Positions 63,996-64,000 of a stretch of DNA of 64,000 bases are shown piece by piece. This DNA comes from a virus: the IMG/VR virus record IMGVR_UViG_3300025655_000026, positions 1 through 64,000 of that record; one strand, given 5' to 3'. Each line of letters begins with the position of its first letter. Within the stretch, counting starts at the first letter, position 1. Made by a program: the position numbers and the translations under genes. Below the pieces are notes generated by a model. That model saw nothing but the letters and a program-made list of their open reading frames with translations. It did no database searches and was not told where the DNA came from.

Positions 63996-64000
63996 GTCCC

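Larger units (their letters stand above)
1..64000. mobile_element. Partial genome of a tailed archaeal virus (Caudoviricetes), magrovirus-like
   Basis: Terminase-portal-protease-MCP-tail order on +; archaeal-type replisome (RFC, PCNA-like, AEP primase, MCM-like, XPF, PolB, ligase) on -; no cellular housekeeping operon and no integrase; ORFs open at both window edges. Confidence 0.9.

Noticed and set aside
1-64000. Stop-codon reassignment or integrated provirus boundaries
   Set aside because: The standard code gives dense intact genes ending in TAA, TAG and TGA; no integrase, att site or host flank seen

Overview
The whole window is a gene-dense, AT-rich segment of a tailed (HK97-fold, probably siphovirus-like) archaeal virus genome, cut at both ends. 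Its gene content best fits the magroviruses, the marine viruses linked to Marine Group II Euryarchaeota/Poseidoniales; this is my inference from gene content, not a database result. Supporting content: archaeal-type RFC, PCNA-like clamp, AEP primase, MCM-like ATPase, XPF/Hef nuclease, split PolB, two ATP-dependent ligases and a chaperonin, with GAGGTG-type ribosome-binding sites. There are two convergent arms meeting at a bidirectional hairpin terminator (~40.73-40.79 kb). The + arm (1-40.7 kb) is morphogenesis: terminase, portal, protease/scaffold, major capsid, head-tail, tail tube, frameshifting tail chaperone, tape measure, tail tip and fibres, then an HMG-CoA lyase. The - arm (40.8-64 kb) is replication and early genes. 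Most notable observations: (1) a W-x-x-[IV]-L-[KR] peptide on seven unrelated late proteins that resembles the scaffold C-terminal helix (MDWADVHR) and ends in a likely prohead-protease Lys site, suggesting a capsid cargo-loading system; (2) an Arf/Sar1-like small GTPase in a membrane-protein cluster between head and tail genes, a candidate egress system; (3) a histone-fold-like gene coupled to a PC4-like gene, plus unannotated TFS-like and Rpo12-like zinc-ribbon microproteins; (4) a PolB split in two by six small ORFs, with a YGHTDS motif C; (5) a 115-bp direct duplication that breaks a Sak4/RadA-like gene, probably an assembly artefact. All protein calls come from reading motifs by eye.
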